Both the position numbers and the translations under genes were made by a program. 64,000 nucleotides of DNA, taken from the NCBI GenBank assembly GCA_963836755.1, contig CAWIKF010000002.1, positions 448,001-512,000 of the forward strand, given 5' to 3'. Under the pieces are notes generated by a model. The model did not search any database. It saw nothing but the letters and a program-made list of their open reading frames with translations, and was not told the DNA's origin. This stretch comes from an uncultured Verrucomicrobiae bacterium (GTDB lineage Bacteria; Verrucomicrobiota; Verrucomicrobiia; Chthoniobacterales; Chthoniobacteraceae). Numbering within the stretch: position 1 is the stretch's first letter; the number at the start of each line of letters is the position of its first letter. Below, in pieces: positions 21,030 through 30,922 of this stretch.

Positions 21030-21511
21030 ATGTCTGAGCAGCGGACGGTGGATAGCGTGACGCTGTAGTTCCGCTTTCCGTAGGTGTAGGCCACCGTCAC
21101 GGTGGCGCGATACATTGGGAGCGTCACGCTGTTCAGCGTCGGACTGATGTCGGCGACTTCCGTGGTCAATGTTCCAGTAATGACTGTGCCGGAAGGGTCT
21201 TGATAAATGGTGACCGTGGACGGCGCGCTCGTGCCGACTTGAAGCTCCGGCGGGATTTGGTTTTTCTGCGGATTAAATGGGCTGTCGACCAAGATCAGTT
21301 CGATCTGATTCTGCGCGGCGGTGGATGCACCGGTGGAAAGGCGCGCGAGGTTTGCGTTGCGATTCATCGTCGTCAAAGCCCACAGCGCCGACGAGGCCGC
21401 GACGCCGATCATCGCTGCGGCGATCATCACCTCCAGCAACGTCACCGCGGCGCGCGCGGCGCGTCGTGACGTCTGGAACTTTCCAGCAAAAATCGAGGAG
21501 TTAAGGCGCAT
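21026..21511 (-). CDS. prepilin-type minor pilin (PilV-like)
   Basis: RRAARAA|VTLLEVMIA; A...AQ.QIE; C-terminal YRATVTVAY. Confidence 0.85.
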   Translation of the reverse strand: MRLNSSIFAGKFQTSRRAARAAVTLLEVMIAAAMIGVAASSALWALTTMNRNANLARLSTGASTAAQNQIELILVDSPFNPQKNQIPPELQVGTSAPSTVTIYQDPSGTVITGTLTTEVADISPTLNSVTLPMYRATVTVAYTYGKRNYSVTLSTVRCSDI

Positions 21512-21528
21512 CTTGCTCCGTCAAAGGA

Positions 21529-21544
21529 AGCAGTAGCTGTGCCA
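21529..21544 (-). promoter_or_regulatory. sigma54 (-24/-12) promoter of the pilin cassette
   Basis: minus strand reads TGGCACAGCTACTGCT against consensus TGGCAC-N5-TTGCW. Confidence 0.65.
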
Positions 21545-21618
21545 AAACCGGCGCTGCGACTGATTTGAGAAATCGTTTAGTTGTTGCCGTCTCGCAGGAA
21601 ATCAGGCAAAGCACCCAC

Positions 21619-21897
21619 ATGCCTAAAACCGAAAAACCCGCCCGCAAAATGAACTCCGCACTCATGAAACCAGTTCAGCCCGACGACACGCTCGCTGCCG
21701 TCGTTGGCTCGAAGCCGATTCCCCGCACCGAACTGACGAAAAAACTTTGGGACTACATCAAGAAAAATAAGCTTCAAGACACGAAGAAAAAAACCCTGAT
21801 CAACGCCGACGACGCGCTCAAGGCCGTCTTCAACGGCAAGACGCAAGTCAGCATGTTTGAAATGACGAAGCTGGTTTCCGATCACATCAAAAAGTAG
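21619..21897 (+). CDS. stand-alone SWIB/MDM2 domain protein
   Basis: LAAVVG..P.PRTE.TKKLWDYIKKN.LQD.....INAD..L..VF....VSMFEMTKLV. Confidence 0.92.
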   Translation: MPKTEKPARKMNSALMKPVQPDDTLAAVVGSKPIPRTELTKKLWDYIKKNKLQDTKKKTLINADDALKAVFNGKTQVSMFEMTKLVSDHIKK

Positions 21898-21910
21898 CGT
21901 AACGCGCTTT

Positions 21911-21956
21911 CTCTCCGGCCGCCGCCGATGAATCGACAGTGGCGACGGCCGGAGAG
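21911..21956. repeat. GC-rich inverted repeat after the SWIB gene
   Basis: CTCTCCGGCCGCCGCC ... GGCGACGGCCGGAGAG, 16-bp stem with one mismatch and a 14-nt loop. Confidence 0.6.
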
Positions 21957-22077
21957 CTGATCGGAAAAACGAGAGCAAAATTTCCACCGCACGCTGAGCA
22001 CCGCTGCGTCGCGCCGCGGTCCATTCATTCGCAAAACTTCTTTTGCCAGAACCTCCCAGAAGACTAAGTTTGAAACT

Positions 22078-23070
22078 ATGAGCACAGCCACTGCCGAACC
22101 AAAGACTGCCGGAAAAACCAGCCAGCTCGATCAACTCAAGCAATTCACGAAAGTCGTCGCCGACACGGGGGACTTCGAGACGATGCGCGAGTTTCATCCG
22201 CAGGATGCGACGACGAATCCGAGCCTCATTTTGCAGGCATCGCAGAAAGAGGATTACGGGTGGCTGCTCGACAAAGCGATCGCAGACAACAAAGAGACGC
22301 GTTTCGTCGGCGCGGAAAAAGTGGACGCGATCATCGATGACCTCCTCGTCAACTTTGGTCTCGAAATTCTGAAGATCGTGCCGGGCCGCGTCTCGACCGA
22401 AGTCGATGCGCGCCTCTCGTTCGACAAGGAAGGCACGAAGCGCAAGGCGCATCACCTTATTGATCTCTACGAAAAAAACAAAATCCCGCGGGAGCGCATC
22501 CTGATCAAAATCGCCGCGACTTGGGAAGGCATTCGCGCCGCCGAGCTTCTGCAAAAAGAAGGCATCAACTGCAACCTCACGCTTCTTTTCACGCTCCCGC
22601 AAGCCGTCGCATGCGCCGATGCGCGCGTGAAGCTGATCTCGCCTTTCGTCGGCCGCATTTACGATTGGTATAAAGCGTTCAACAAGCGCGATTACACCGG
22701 CGCCGAAGATCCCGGCGTGCAGTCGGTGACGACGATTTTCAACTATTACAAAAAATTCGGCTACGAAACCGAAGTGATGGGCGCGAGCTTCCGCAACGTC
22801 AGCCAAATCACCGAACTGGCGGGCTGCGACTTGCTCACGATCAGCCCAGACCTGCTCGCAAAACTTGCGGAATCCTCCGAGCCGCTGACGAAAAAACTCG
22901 ACGCGGAAGGCGCGAAAAATTCTGACGCCGAGCGTCTGCCGCTTGATGAAAAAGCGTTTCGCTGGCTGTTCAACGAAGACGCGATGGGCACGGAAAAAAC
23001 CGCCGAGGGAATTCGTAAATTCTCAGCGGATATCGTGAAACTCGAGAAGTTCATTGCCGCAAAACTGTAA
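22078..23070 (+). CDS. tal: transaldolase
   Basis: [51 protein letters not shown]. Confidence 0.97.
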   Translation: MSTATAEPKTAGKTSQLDQLKQFTKVVADTGDFETMREFHPQDATTNPSLILQASQKEDYGWLLDKAIADNKETRFVGAEKVDAIIDDLLVNFGLEILKIVPGRVSTEVDARLSFDKEGTKRKAHHLIDLYEKNKIPRERILIKIAATWEGIRAAELLQKEGINCNLTLLFTLPQAVACADARVKLISPFVGRIYDWYKAFNKRDYTGAEDPGVQSVTTIFNYYKKFGYETEVMGASFRNVSQITELAGCDLLTISPDLLAKLAESSEPLTKKLDAEGAKNSDAERLPLDEKAFRWLFNEDAMGTEKTAEGIRKFSADIVKLEKFIAAKL

Positions 23071-23091
23071 ACTTTTACTCGCGCAAAGTTC

Positions 23092-23128
23092 AAAAAGCTG
23101 AGGTGCAAACGCGCCTCAGCTTTTTTTT
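23092..23128. terminator. bidirectional intrinsic terminator
   Basis: AAAAAGCTGAGGTGC-AAAC-GCGCCTCAGCTTTTTTTT between convergent genes. Confidence 0.88.
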
Positions 23129-23148
23129 CGCCAAGGGCCGCAAGACTT

Positions 23149-24540
23149 TTACTCCATCCGCGCGCGCACGAATTTTCCGGGATTCAAAATTCCTGCGGGA
23201 TCGAGCGTCTGCTTGAGCGCGGAATGCACATTGCGACTCACCGCTGATGTCGCCTGTTTCCACCACGGTTTTTTTGCGAGCCCAATCCCGTGCTCGCCCG
23301 TAATGACGCCGCCCCACGCCAGCACTTGCGTGAAAAGTTCGTCCAGCGCGCGCTCAACTTTTTCTCGCACCGCGCGGTCATCGTGATAATGCGCAGCCAT
23401 GACGTTGACGTGAATATTTCCGTCGCCCGCATGACCGAAACAGGCGACCGGATAGCCGTATTTTCTTCGCAGCCGGCTCGCGAATTCGGTGAGGTCAACC
23501 AGCCGGCCGCGCGGCACGACGATGTCTTCATTCAATTTCGTGAGCCCGGTCGACTTCAACGACTCTGAAAATTTTCGCCGCAATTCCCACAACTCTTCGC
23601 ATTCCGTTTCACCTACCGCGGTTCGCAATTGATGCGCACCGAGCTTTTTCAGCAGCGAAGCGAGAGATTTTGTTTCCGATGCGACTGATGCCGGTTGGCC
23701 GTCAAGCTCGACCAGCAAATGGCCTTCGCCGGACGGCACGAGAGACTTGCCTAAAAATTCGCGCGCGGATTTCAGCGTAAACGCATCCGCGATTTCCAGC
23801 GCAGCGGGTAAAAATCCTGCATGCAAAATTTCCTGCACGGCATTGGCCGCTTCGAGGAAAGTCGTAAAACCCGCCGAAAGCGATGCGCGCGCCGGCGGAA
23901 GCGGCAGAAGCCGCAGCGTTGCTTCGGTGACGACGCCGAGCAAACCCTCGGAGCCGACGAACATTCCGATGAGGTCAAACCCGGTTTTGTTTTTGTGAGT
24001 GCGGGCACCGGTGCGCAGCACGCGACCGTCCGCGAGCACGACCTCGAGGCCGAGCACGTAGTTTCGCGTCACGCCATATTTCAGGCAGCGCGGCCCGCCG
24101 GCGTTGGTAGCAATGTTTCCGCCGAGGCTGCATTCCTTCAGGCTCGCCGGATCGGGCGGATAAAACAGCTGTTTTGCTCGCGCTTTCGCTTGTAAAACTC
24201 CCGTGATTACCCCAGGCTGCACCACGGCCACTCCATCCGCGGCATTGATTTCTTTGATCCGCGTCATTCGCGCGAGCGAAAGCGCGATGCCTCCCTCCGA
24301 TGGAACGCAGCCGCCCACGTAGCCGACGCCGGCACCGCGCGGCGTCACCGGCACGCGGTGTCGGCTGGCAAATTTCATCAGCCGGCTCACTTGCTCGGTT
24401 GACTGCGCAAAGACGACGACGCCCGGCGGATGGGACGCGAACCAACGATCGCTGCTGTGTTCGGCGAGAATTTCCGCCTCGTCGCTGACGGCTTCCGCGC
24501 CGAGCAGGCGCGAGAGTTGCGCTCGCAATGACGACGCCAC
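23149..24540 (-). CDS. FAD-linked oxidase, GlcD/D-2-hydroxyacid dehydrogenase family
   Basis: PRGAG, YPPDPAS, GGNIATNAGG, GSEGLLG, GHAGDGNIH, GEHGIG, DP.GILNPGK; GTG start. Confidence 0.92.
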   Translation of the reverse strand: MASSLRAQLSRLLGAEAVSDEAEILAEHSSDRWFASHPPGVVVFAQSTEQVSRLMKFASRHRVPVTPRGAGVGYVGGCVPSEGGIALSLARMTRIKEINAADGVAVVQPGVITGVLQAKARAKQLFYPPDPASLKECSLGGNIATNAGGPRCLKYGVTRNYVLGLEVVLADGRVLRTGARTHKNKTGFDLIGMFVGSEGLLGVVTEATLRLLPLPPARASLSAGFTTFLEAANAVQEILHAGFLPAALEIADAFTLKSAREFLGKSLVPSGEGHLLVELDGQPASVASETKSLASLLKKLGAHQLRTAVGETECEELWELRRKFSESLKSTGLTKLNEDIVVPRGRLVDLTEFASRLRRKYGYPVACFGHAGDGNIHVNVMAAHYHDDRAVREKVERALDELFTQVLAWGGVITGEHGIGLAKKPWWKQATSAVSRNVHSALKQTLDPAGILNPGKFVRARME

Positions 24541-24543
24541 GTG

Positions 24544-25254
24544 TCAGTGACCGGTGAAAAAGTGTTTCACGCTGTTGCCGAAATTGCCGAACGCATGGCC
24601 GACGCCAGAGTGACGGGTTTCGGAGTTTGACGGGCGTTCGTCGGAAATGGGAGACGCTACCGGCACGGCTTTCGCAACCTGCGGATCGGGATCAACATCA
24701 AACTTTTCCGGCTTCTTTGCGACCGCCGTTTCGGGCGAGACGGCGAATCCGTCATGTGCGATCACGTTTCCTTTGCCAGCGGTGACTGAAAGCTCACCGA
24801 CGCCTTGGTTGTTTTCGTTGAAGCAACTCACTTTCCATATCGGCACCGCATCCTGGCCCTCTTTTTTCAATTCGTAATTCATCTTCGAGATCGATTTATC
24901 ATTCGCGCGCGCATATTCCCTCGCGAGGCGCGCGAGCCGGTCGGAATCGACTTTGACCCCAGCGCCGCCGATCACGTCCTCCGGTTTCAGCGTGTCCGCG
25001 AACTGTGAGATCGTGCGCGAGGCGACCACTTCATTATTGGCGACGACAAATTCGCGCAGCCCGTTTCGCTCGTCCGGATCCTGGACGATCAAATACCAGC
25101 GCTCGGGATTCGGCGTGCCGTCGCGCGCCTCGATCCGCGCGAGCCGCGCGGCCTTTTCCTTCGGAATAATTTTCAGCGCCTCAAGCGCCGTCGGTTCCGC
25201 CGCGTGCAGCGACGCCATCGCGGCCGGCAGGCAAAGCGCAATCAGTAAACGCAT
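24544..25254 (-). CDS. exported hypothetical protein with PepSY-like repeats
   Basis: signal MRLLIALCL..LHA; P.RWY and DSD...LA...PIWKV...V.A..G.VI patterns. Confidence 0.7.
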   Translation of the reverse strand: MRLLIALCLPAAMASLHAAEPTALEALKIIPKEKAARLARIEARDGTPNPERWYLIVQDPDERNGLREFVVANNEVVASRTISQFADTLKPEDVIGGAGVKVDSDRLARLAREYARANDKSISKMNYELKKEGQDAVPIWKVSCFNENNQGVGELSVTAGKGNVIAHDGFAVSPETAVAKKPEKFDVDPDPQVAKAVPVASPISDERPSNSETRHSGVGHAFGNFGNSVKHFFTGH

Positions 25255-25356
25255 GGCGTAAACTAAGACGTTTCGAAAAAATGAAAAGCCGGGTTTTCCC
25301 TGCGCACGCGTGGGAAAAACCTCGACCCATCGGCTGCGCGAGCCAAACTTTCGCCC

Positions 25357-26547
25357 ATGATCATCAAGCCCAAAGTCCGCGGTTTCGTATGCGTCACCGC
25401 CCATCCCGCCGGCTGCGCCGCGCATGTGCAGGAGCAGATCGATTTCGTGCGCCAAAAAGGGACGCTCAGCGACATGCCGAAGCGGGTGCTCGTGATCGGC
25501 GCATCCACCGGCTACGGGCTTGCGTCGCGCATCGTCGCAGCTTTTGGCGGCGACGCCGCGACGCTCGGCATTTTCTTTGAGCGCCCGTCGGAAAATGGAA
25601 AACCTGCGTCGGCTGGTTGGTATAATTCCGCGGCATTTGAGAAAGCCGCGCACGCCGCGGGGTTGTATGCGAAGAGCATCAACGGCGACGCTTTTTCCGA
25701 CGAAATCAAGCGTGAGGCGATCGAGAAAATCAAAACTGATCTCGGCCAGGTCGACTGCGTCGTCTACAGTCTCGCCTCGCCGCGCCGCACGCATCCAAAA
25801 ACCGGAGTGACCGCAAAGTCAGCACTGAAGCCGATCGGCGCGCCATTCACTGCAAAAACGGTCGATACGGATAAAGGTGCCGTCACGGAAATTTCCATCG
25901 AGCCCGCGACCGAACAGGACATTACCGACACAGTCGCGGTGATGGGCGGCGAGGATTGGGAAATGTGGATTGACGCGCTCGAGAATGCGGGCGTGCTCGC
26001 CGAGGGCGCGACGACGATCGCCTATTCCTACATCGGGCCGCAACTGACTTGGGCGATTTATCGCAATGGCACCATTGGCCGCGCGAAAGCCGATCTGGAG
26101 GCGACCGCGCATCGGCTCGCGAAAAAACTCGCGTTGAAAAACGGCCGCGCCTTCGTCTCGATCAACAAGGCGCTGGTCACGCAAGCTAGCTCGGCCATTC
26201 CCGTCGTGCCACTCTACATTTCGCTGTTATACAAAGTGATGAAAGAGCGCGGATTGCACGAAGGCTGCATCGAGCAGATCCAGCGCCTTTTTGCGGAGCG
26301 GCTCTACCACGGCACTCTGCCGCAGCCCGATGCCGAGGGTCGCATTCGCATGGACGATCTCGAAATGCGTCCCGACGTGCAGCAGGCTGTGGCGGAGCTT
26401 TGGCCTCAAGTCACTACGGAAAACCTCGCCGAACTTTCAGACATCGAAGGTTATCGCGCGGAGTTTCTAAAGCTCTTCGGCTTCAGACTGCCCGGCATCG
26501 ATTACGAAAAAGAAGTCGATCCCGCGGTCCCGCTCCGGAATCAGTGA
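25357..26547 (+). CDS. fabV: enoyl-ACP reductase / trans-2-enoyl-CoA reductase
   Basis: [54 protein letters not shown]. Confidence 0.95.
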   Translation: MIIKPKVRGFVCVTAHPAGCAAHVQEQIDFVRQKGTLSDMPKRVLVIGASTGYGLASRIVAAFGGDAATLGIFFERPSENGKPASAGWYNSAAFEKAAHAAGLYAKSINGDAFSDEIKREAIEKIKTDLGQVDCVVYSLASPRRTHPKTGVTAKSALKPIGAPFTAKTVDTDKGAVTEISIEPATEQDITDTVAVMGGEDWEMWIDALENAGVLAEGATTIAYSYIGPQLTWAIYRNGTIGRAKADLEATAHRLAKKLALKNGRAFVSINKALVTQASSAIPVVPLYISLLYKVMKERGLHEGCIEQIQRLFAERLYHGTLPQPDAEGRIRMDDLEMRPDVQQAVAELWPQVTTENLAELSDIEGYRAEFLKLFGFRLPGIDYEKEVDPAVPLRNQ

Positions 26548-26579
26548 CGCGCGCTGCGTCGCGATTGCGCGGGAGAAAA

Positions 26580-27248
26580 TCACAACCCGGCTGTTCGCGG
26601 CAGGGTGCAGCCTTTGATTTTGAACGCGCTCGGGCAGAGTTTTTGCACTTCACATCCGGCGCAGTCGGGCGCGCGCGCGGTGCAGCGGCGCCGGCCGTGC
26701 CAGATGAGCCAATGGCTGAAAATCGTCCAGCGCTCGCGCGGGATGAGCTTCATCAAATCCTCTTCGATTTTTTCCGGCGTCGTCTGCCGTGTGAGCCCGA
26801 GGCGCTGCGAAAGGCGCGCGACATGCGTGTCTACGACCACGCCTTCACTTTTCCCAAATGCATTTCCCAGGACGACGTTCGCGGTTTTGCGCCCGACGCC
26901 CGCGAGCGCCGTCAGCGCCTCCATTGTCTGCGGAACTTTGCCGCCATGCATCGTCTCGATGTCGGCGGCAGCAGCGCGGATTGATTTGGCTTTGTTGCGA
27001 AAAAATCCAGTCGACTGAATTTGCTTTTCCAGCGTCTCCTGCGGCACCTTCGCGAATGCGCCAGCCGTTCGGTATTGTTTAAATAACTGCGGGGTGACCA
27101 AATTCACGCGCTTGTCAGTGCACTGCGCGGAGAGAATCGTGGCGACGAGCAACTCGAGCGGAGTCGAAAAATCGAGCTCGCAATGTGCCTCGGGATAAAC
27201 TCGCTGGAACGCCGCGATCAAATCGGCGGCACGTTCCCCGCGCGTCAT
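26580..27248 (-). CDS. nth: endonuclease III
   Basis: ILSAQCTDKRVN, HhH motif GVGRKTANVVL, VDTHV, C-X6-C-X2-C-X5-C. Confidence 0.96.
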   Translation of the reverse strand: MTRGERAADLIAAFQRVYPEAHCELDFSTPLELLVATILSAQCTDKRVNLVTPQLFKQYRTAGAFAKVPQETLEKQIQSTGFFRNKAKSIRAAAADIETMHGGKVPQTMEALTALAGVGRKTANVVLGNAFGKSEGVVVDTHVARLSQRLGLTRQTTPEKIEEDLMKLIPRERWTIFSHWLIWHGRRRCTARAPDCAGCEVQKLCPSAFKIKGCTLPRTAGL

Positions 27249-30200
27249 GTGCCCTGGCCGAGTTGGCTGAGCCGGTCCTTCGCCTTCGAGGCGAGCGGCG
27301 AGTTCGGATATTTCGCGACGAGATCTTTATAGGCCCTGATTGCCTTCGCCATTTGACCGGGCTTCGTCGGCTTGTCTTTCTCCGAAGAACTTTCCGGAAG
27401 CGTGGCCGCCTGCGCCTCGAGCAGTTGTCCGCCGCGCCAGAGACCCTCGGCCGCGGCGGGAGCGACGGCTTCGTAAAAGACAGCGATCTTCAAGTAATAA
27501 TCGATCGCCGCATCGAACGCGTTTTTCTTTTCCTGGATTTGCGCGCCGAGCAGCATCGAATTCGCGCGCAATTCTGCCGTCGCCGTCGGCGCGCGGATGA
27601 TCTGCACGAGCAGGTTCATCGCCTCGTCGAGCTTGTTTTGCTGCACGATCGATTGCGCGATGCCAAAGTTCGCCTCGAGGATTTTCGGTGACCAAGGATA
27701 GAGCTTTTTCAGCTCGTCAAATTTTTTTCCGGCCTCCGCGATTTTGCCCTCTTTTTGCAAAGCTTTCCCGATGCCGTAAAGCGCGGTCGCCTGCGCCTCG
27801 GCGATTTGCGGCGGCGCCTTATCAGGGCTGACGCCGGCCGGGTTTGGGAAGTCCGTCGCGAGTTTTTGATAGATGGCCATCGCCTCGGGCGCCTTGCCAT
27901 TTTCGAGCAGCGCGCTGCCGTAAAGATCGAGATCCGCTGGCGCGTAAACGAGCTTCGGATTATACGCGGCTTGCATTTGCACGAGCGCTTTCGCCTTGTC
28001 CTGCTCATAAGTAAACGCGGCGAGCGCGAACAAAATTTTGCTCTTCGTTGCGGGCTTCGATGCAAACTTTTCCGCGAGCTGCTGGAAATATTGATCGACC
28101 TGCGCCGCCGTTCTTTGCTTTGCCTGTAGCAGCATTTTTTGGTCGTTGAGCAGCGTCTGCAATCCGAGCGCGACTTGCTCGGAATCCGGATACTGCTCGA
28201 TCAATTTCTCCGCCGATTCCATGCTGGCCGCGATCCCTTTGTTCCAATCACTCCGTTGCTTTTCGTTTAACGCAATGTAGCGGCCGATGCTATCGGCGCC
28301 GCGGCGCGAAAGCTCCGCAGCCTGATAGAGCGCGGCCGGCGCCTGCGGATTTTTCGGATGCTTTTCAGCCATCTCGAGATAAGTCGCGATGGCATCTGAG
28401 GTCTTTTGCGCGTTCACGAGATTTTGCGCGATGGAATCGTAAGCGAAATAGATTTTGTCGCTGTCCGGATAATTCGTGATGAACGCACGCAATTCATCGA
28501 GCATCTCCTTCACCTTTTGCTGGCCGGCAAAAATCGTCGCGCGCGCGAAATAGGCGTAGGGCGCCGCTTCGCTTTTCGGAAACTTTGTCTCCAGATCCTT
28601 GTAGGTCTGCATCGCGCCGGCTTTGTCATTCGCCTGCGTCTGCGCCTGGCCGAGCGTGTAGATCGCGGTCGGAATCTGCGCGGCGTCGGGAAAACTTTTG
28701 ATGTAACGCTGCAGCTCCGGGACGGCCGCTTTCGCGTCGCCTTTAGTGAGAAGCATTTGGCCGACCCAGAACGCGGCCTGCTCGCCTTGCGGAGTTGCCG
28801 GATATTTGTCGCGAATATTTTTGAAGGCAGCGATCGCGGCGTCGGTTTTATTTTGGTCGCGGTAAATCGTCGCGAGGCCGAATTCCGCGCCGGCCGCCTG
28901 TTCCTTTGATGGATTGGTCGCGAGGAATTTTTTGAAAAGATTCGTCGCCTCGTCATAGCGCTTTAATTGGATCAGCGCGGACGCTTCCTGGCTCATCGAC
29001 TCATTGAAAAGATGCCCCTTTGGATAATTCTTCAGCGATTCGTCGAAATACTGAATCGCCTTCGCCGGGTTGTTGATTTTCGGGTCGTTGACCAAAAACA
29101 TGGATCCCAGCGCGTAGGGGAGATTTTCCGCCATCGGATCATTTTTGTAGGCCTTCTGAAACTCGTCGAAGCCGGTGATTCCCTTTTGCGCGAGCTCTTC
29201 ACGCGTCGCCGGCGCAAGCGGCGGCGTGTCGATCGTGACCTGCGAGATGTAGCTCATCGTCACGAAATAAAGGATTTCCTTTTTCTGCTCCTCGCTCGTC
29301 GCGAACTGCACGTAATGCTGCAGCAGCACGCGTGCGGCGTCGAATTTTTGCAGCGTGAAAAAGACCATGCCGACCTTGATCTGCGCGGCGACGGCCTTGC
29401 CTTCCGCGCCCTCCACGACCGGCAGCTTCGCCTGCTCGTGTTCCTGCAAACGCTGCAGCCGCTTGATTTCGCGCACATTTCTCGCCGCGGCCGCCGCGCG
29501 GATGCGCTGGAGCATGCCGGCGATTCGCTGCTCCTGCATTTTTACCATTATCTCCTTCGGCTCCACGGAACGATATGCATTGATCGCCGCAGTGAACAAC
29601 GCGTCGCGCTGCGCCGGTTCGGCAAACTCCGCGCGCGCAAAGAGGATTTCGCCGATCTGAAATTGAGCGTCGTTCGCGAGCACCGGATCGGTGCGGCGTT
29701 GGACAATGTCTTGCAAAAATTTCACCGACTCGTCGAATTCTCCATTCGCTTTCTGCCGCGTCTGCGCCGAAACCGATGGCCCGCGCACTTCCTGATTCGC
29801 CTCAGCCGCCAGCGTCAGCGCCAGCAGATACTGGCTTTCGAGAATTGATTCGCTCGCGGTGAATTTCTGCAAATTCGCACGCAGATTTTTTGCCGCCTCG
29901 TCATATTTGCCCATCTGGAAAAGCGCGAGCGCGCGTCCGTAGATCGCCGATTCCGCCTGGTCACTCGTCGGAAATTTTTGCAAGAAAACATCGAATTGCT
30001 TGATCGCATCCTCGTAAGCGGCCGTGCGCTTGGGATCATCCGGCGGCAGCTTCGAGGCCTTCCCGGTATACACCTGCGGCAAAAGGTTGTAGGCAAGTTC
30101 CTGAATTTCCGGCGGCGCGGGCGGCGCAAGGATTTTCTGCAGAGCCGCGATGCTCGCGTCGTAATTTCCGAGCAGATAATTCAGGTAGCCGATTCGAAAT

Positions 30201-30433
30201 TGCGCTTCCGAAACCACGGACGCCGTTGGGAAATTTTTGACGATCGCGGTGTAGGCGTCGATCGCCTCCTTCGTCTTTCCCGAATTCGCCAGATCGAGCG
30301 CCGCGGCCGCCGCCTGATCGGCCGGAGTCGCTGGTGCCGCCGGCTGCTGCGCGCGCAGCATCGGGCCGAGGCACATTCCGAGAACCAGCGTCAAAAAAAG
30401 CGAAAGACGCGAGAGAAGGGAGAAACGAGTCAT
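27245..30433 (-). CDS. large exported tetratricopeptide-repeat protein (about 1060 aa)
   Basis: signal peptide; many TPR units ending in FP.S/YP.S turns (BamD/CpoB-like); start 30433 (ATG) or 30463 (GTG). Confidence 0.88.
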   Translation of the reverse strand: MTRFSLLSRLSLFLTLVLGMCLGPMLRAQQPAAPATPADQAAAAALDLANSGKTKEAIDAYTAIVKNFPTASVVSEAQFRIGYLNYLLGNYDASIAALQKILAPPAPPEIQELAYNLLPQVYTGKASKLPPDDPKRTAAYEDAIKQFDVFLQKFPTSDQAESAIYGRALALFQMGKYDEAAKNLRANLQKFTASESILESQYLLALTLAAEANQEVRGPSVSAQTRQKANGEFDESVKFLQDIVQRRTDPVLANDAQFQIGEILFARAEFAEPAQRDALFTAAINAYRSVEPKEIMVKMQEQRIAGMLQRIRAAAAARNVREIKRLQRLQEHEQAKLPVVEGAEGKAVAAQIKVGMVFFTLQKFDAARVLLQHYVQFATSEEQKKEILYFVTMSYISQVTIDTPPLAPATREELAQKGITGFDEFQKAYKNDPMAENLPYALGSMFLVNDPKINNPAKAIQYFDESLKNYPKGHLFNESMSQEASALIQLKRYDEATNLFKKFLATNPSKEQAAGAEFGLATIYRDQNKTDAAIAAFKNIRDKYPATPQGEQAAFWVGQMLLTKGDAKAAVPELQRYIKSFPDAAQIPTAIYTLGQAQTQANDKAGAMQTYKDLETKFPKSEAAPYAYFARATIFAGQQKVKEMLDELRAFITNYPDSDKIYFAYDSIAQNLVNAQKTSDAIATYLEMAEKHPKNPQAPAALYQAAELSRRGADSIGRYIALNEKQRSDWNKGIAASMESAEKLIEQYPDSEQVALGLQTLLNDQKMLLQAKQRTAAQVDQYFQQLAEKFASKPATKSKILFALAAFTYEQDKAKALVQMQAAYNPKLVYAPADLDLYGSALLENGKAPEAMAIYQKLATDFPNPAGVSPDKAPPQIAEAQATALYGIGKALQKEGKIAEAGKKFDELKKLYPWSPKILEANFGIAQSIVQQNKLDEAMNLLVQIIRAPTATAELRANSMLLGAQIQEKKNAFDAAIDYYLKIAVFYEAVAPAAAEGLWRGGQLLEAQAATLPESSSEKDKPTKPGQMAKAIRAYKDLVAKYPNSPLASKAKDRLSQLGQGT

Positions 30434-30502
30434 AGAGGTTTTTGAAAATACAAGACGTGTCACGGGCTTGCTACTTCATTTTGGCTAAGAATAATCGCCT
30501 CA

Positions 30503-30922
30503 ATGAAAAAAGGTTCGGCTTTGCTGATCGCCGTCGCGATCGCTGCTTTGTGCGCATTCCGCGTCGCGAAGTGCAGGCACCGCGAAGCGCCGTCGAACAT
30601 CGAGGGATTGGCCGATGCGTTAAAAAGGTCTGCCGAAAAAGATCTGACCGCGCCGCATCTCGCGAACGAGCAAATCATCCTCACCGCCGCGCGTGAGGAG
30701 CTGCAAAATCGCGCGCGGCAAGTCGTCGACGCCGCGATTCAGGCCGGCGGGACGGCAATCGAAAGCGACAATTCCGACGGCACTTCGACTGTTCTCGCGC
30801 AAATCCCATCGCGTAACGAAGGGCTTTTTCGGGGGCTGATCCAGCGCGGGCACGATGTTAAACAGAGCACAACGCCTGGCGGTGAAACACAATTGATCGA
30901 GGTGACGTTGAAACCGCAATGA
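30503..30922 (+). CDS. membrane-anchored hypothetical protein
   Basis: N-terminal hydrophobic segment; ATGA overlap with the next gene. Confidence 0.65.
   Translation: MKKGSALLIAVAIAALCAFRVAKCRHREAPSNIEGLADALKRSAEKDLTAPHLANEQIILTAAREELQNRARQVVDAAIQAGGTAIESDNSDGTSTVLAQIPSRNEGLFRGLIQRGHDVKQSTTPGGETQLIEVTLKPQ

Noticed and set aside
21577..22806. 409-aa minus-strand ORF
   Set aside because: Antisense shadow of the SWIB and tal genes, with no protein-like motifs.
25255..25794. N-terminal extension of the 416-aa ORF
   Set aside because: Antisense to fabV; the signal peptide begins at 25254.
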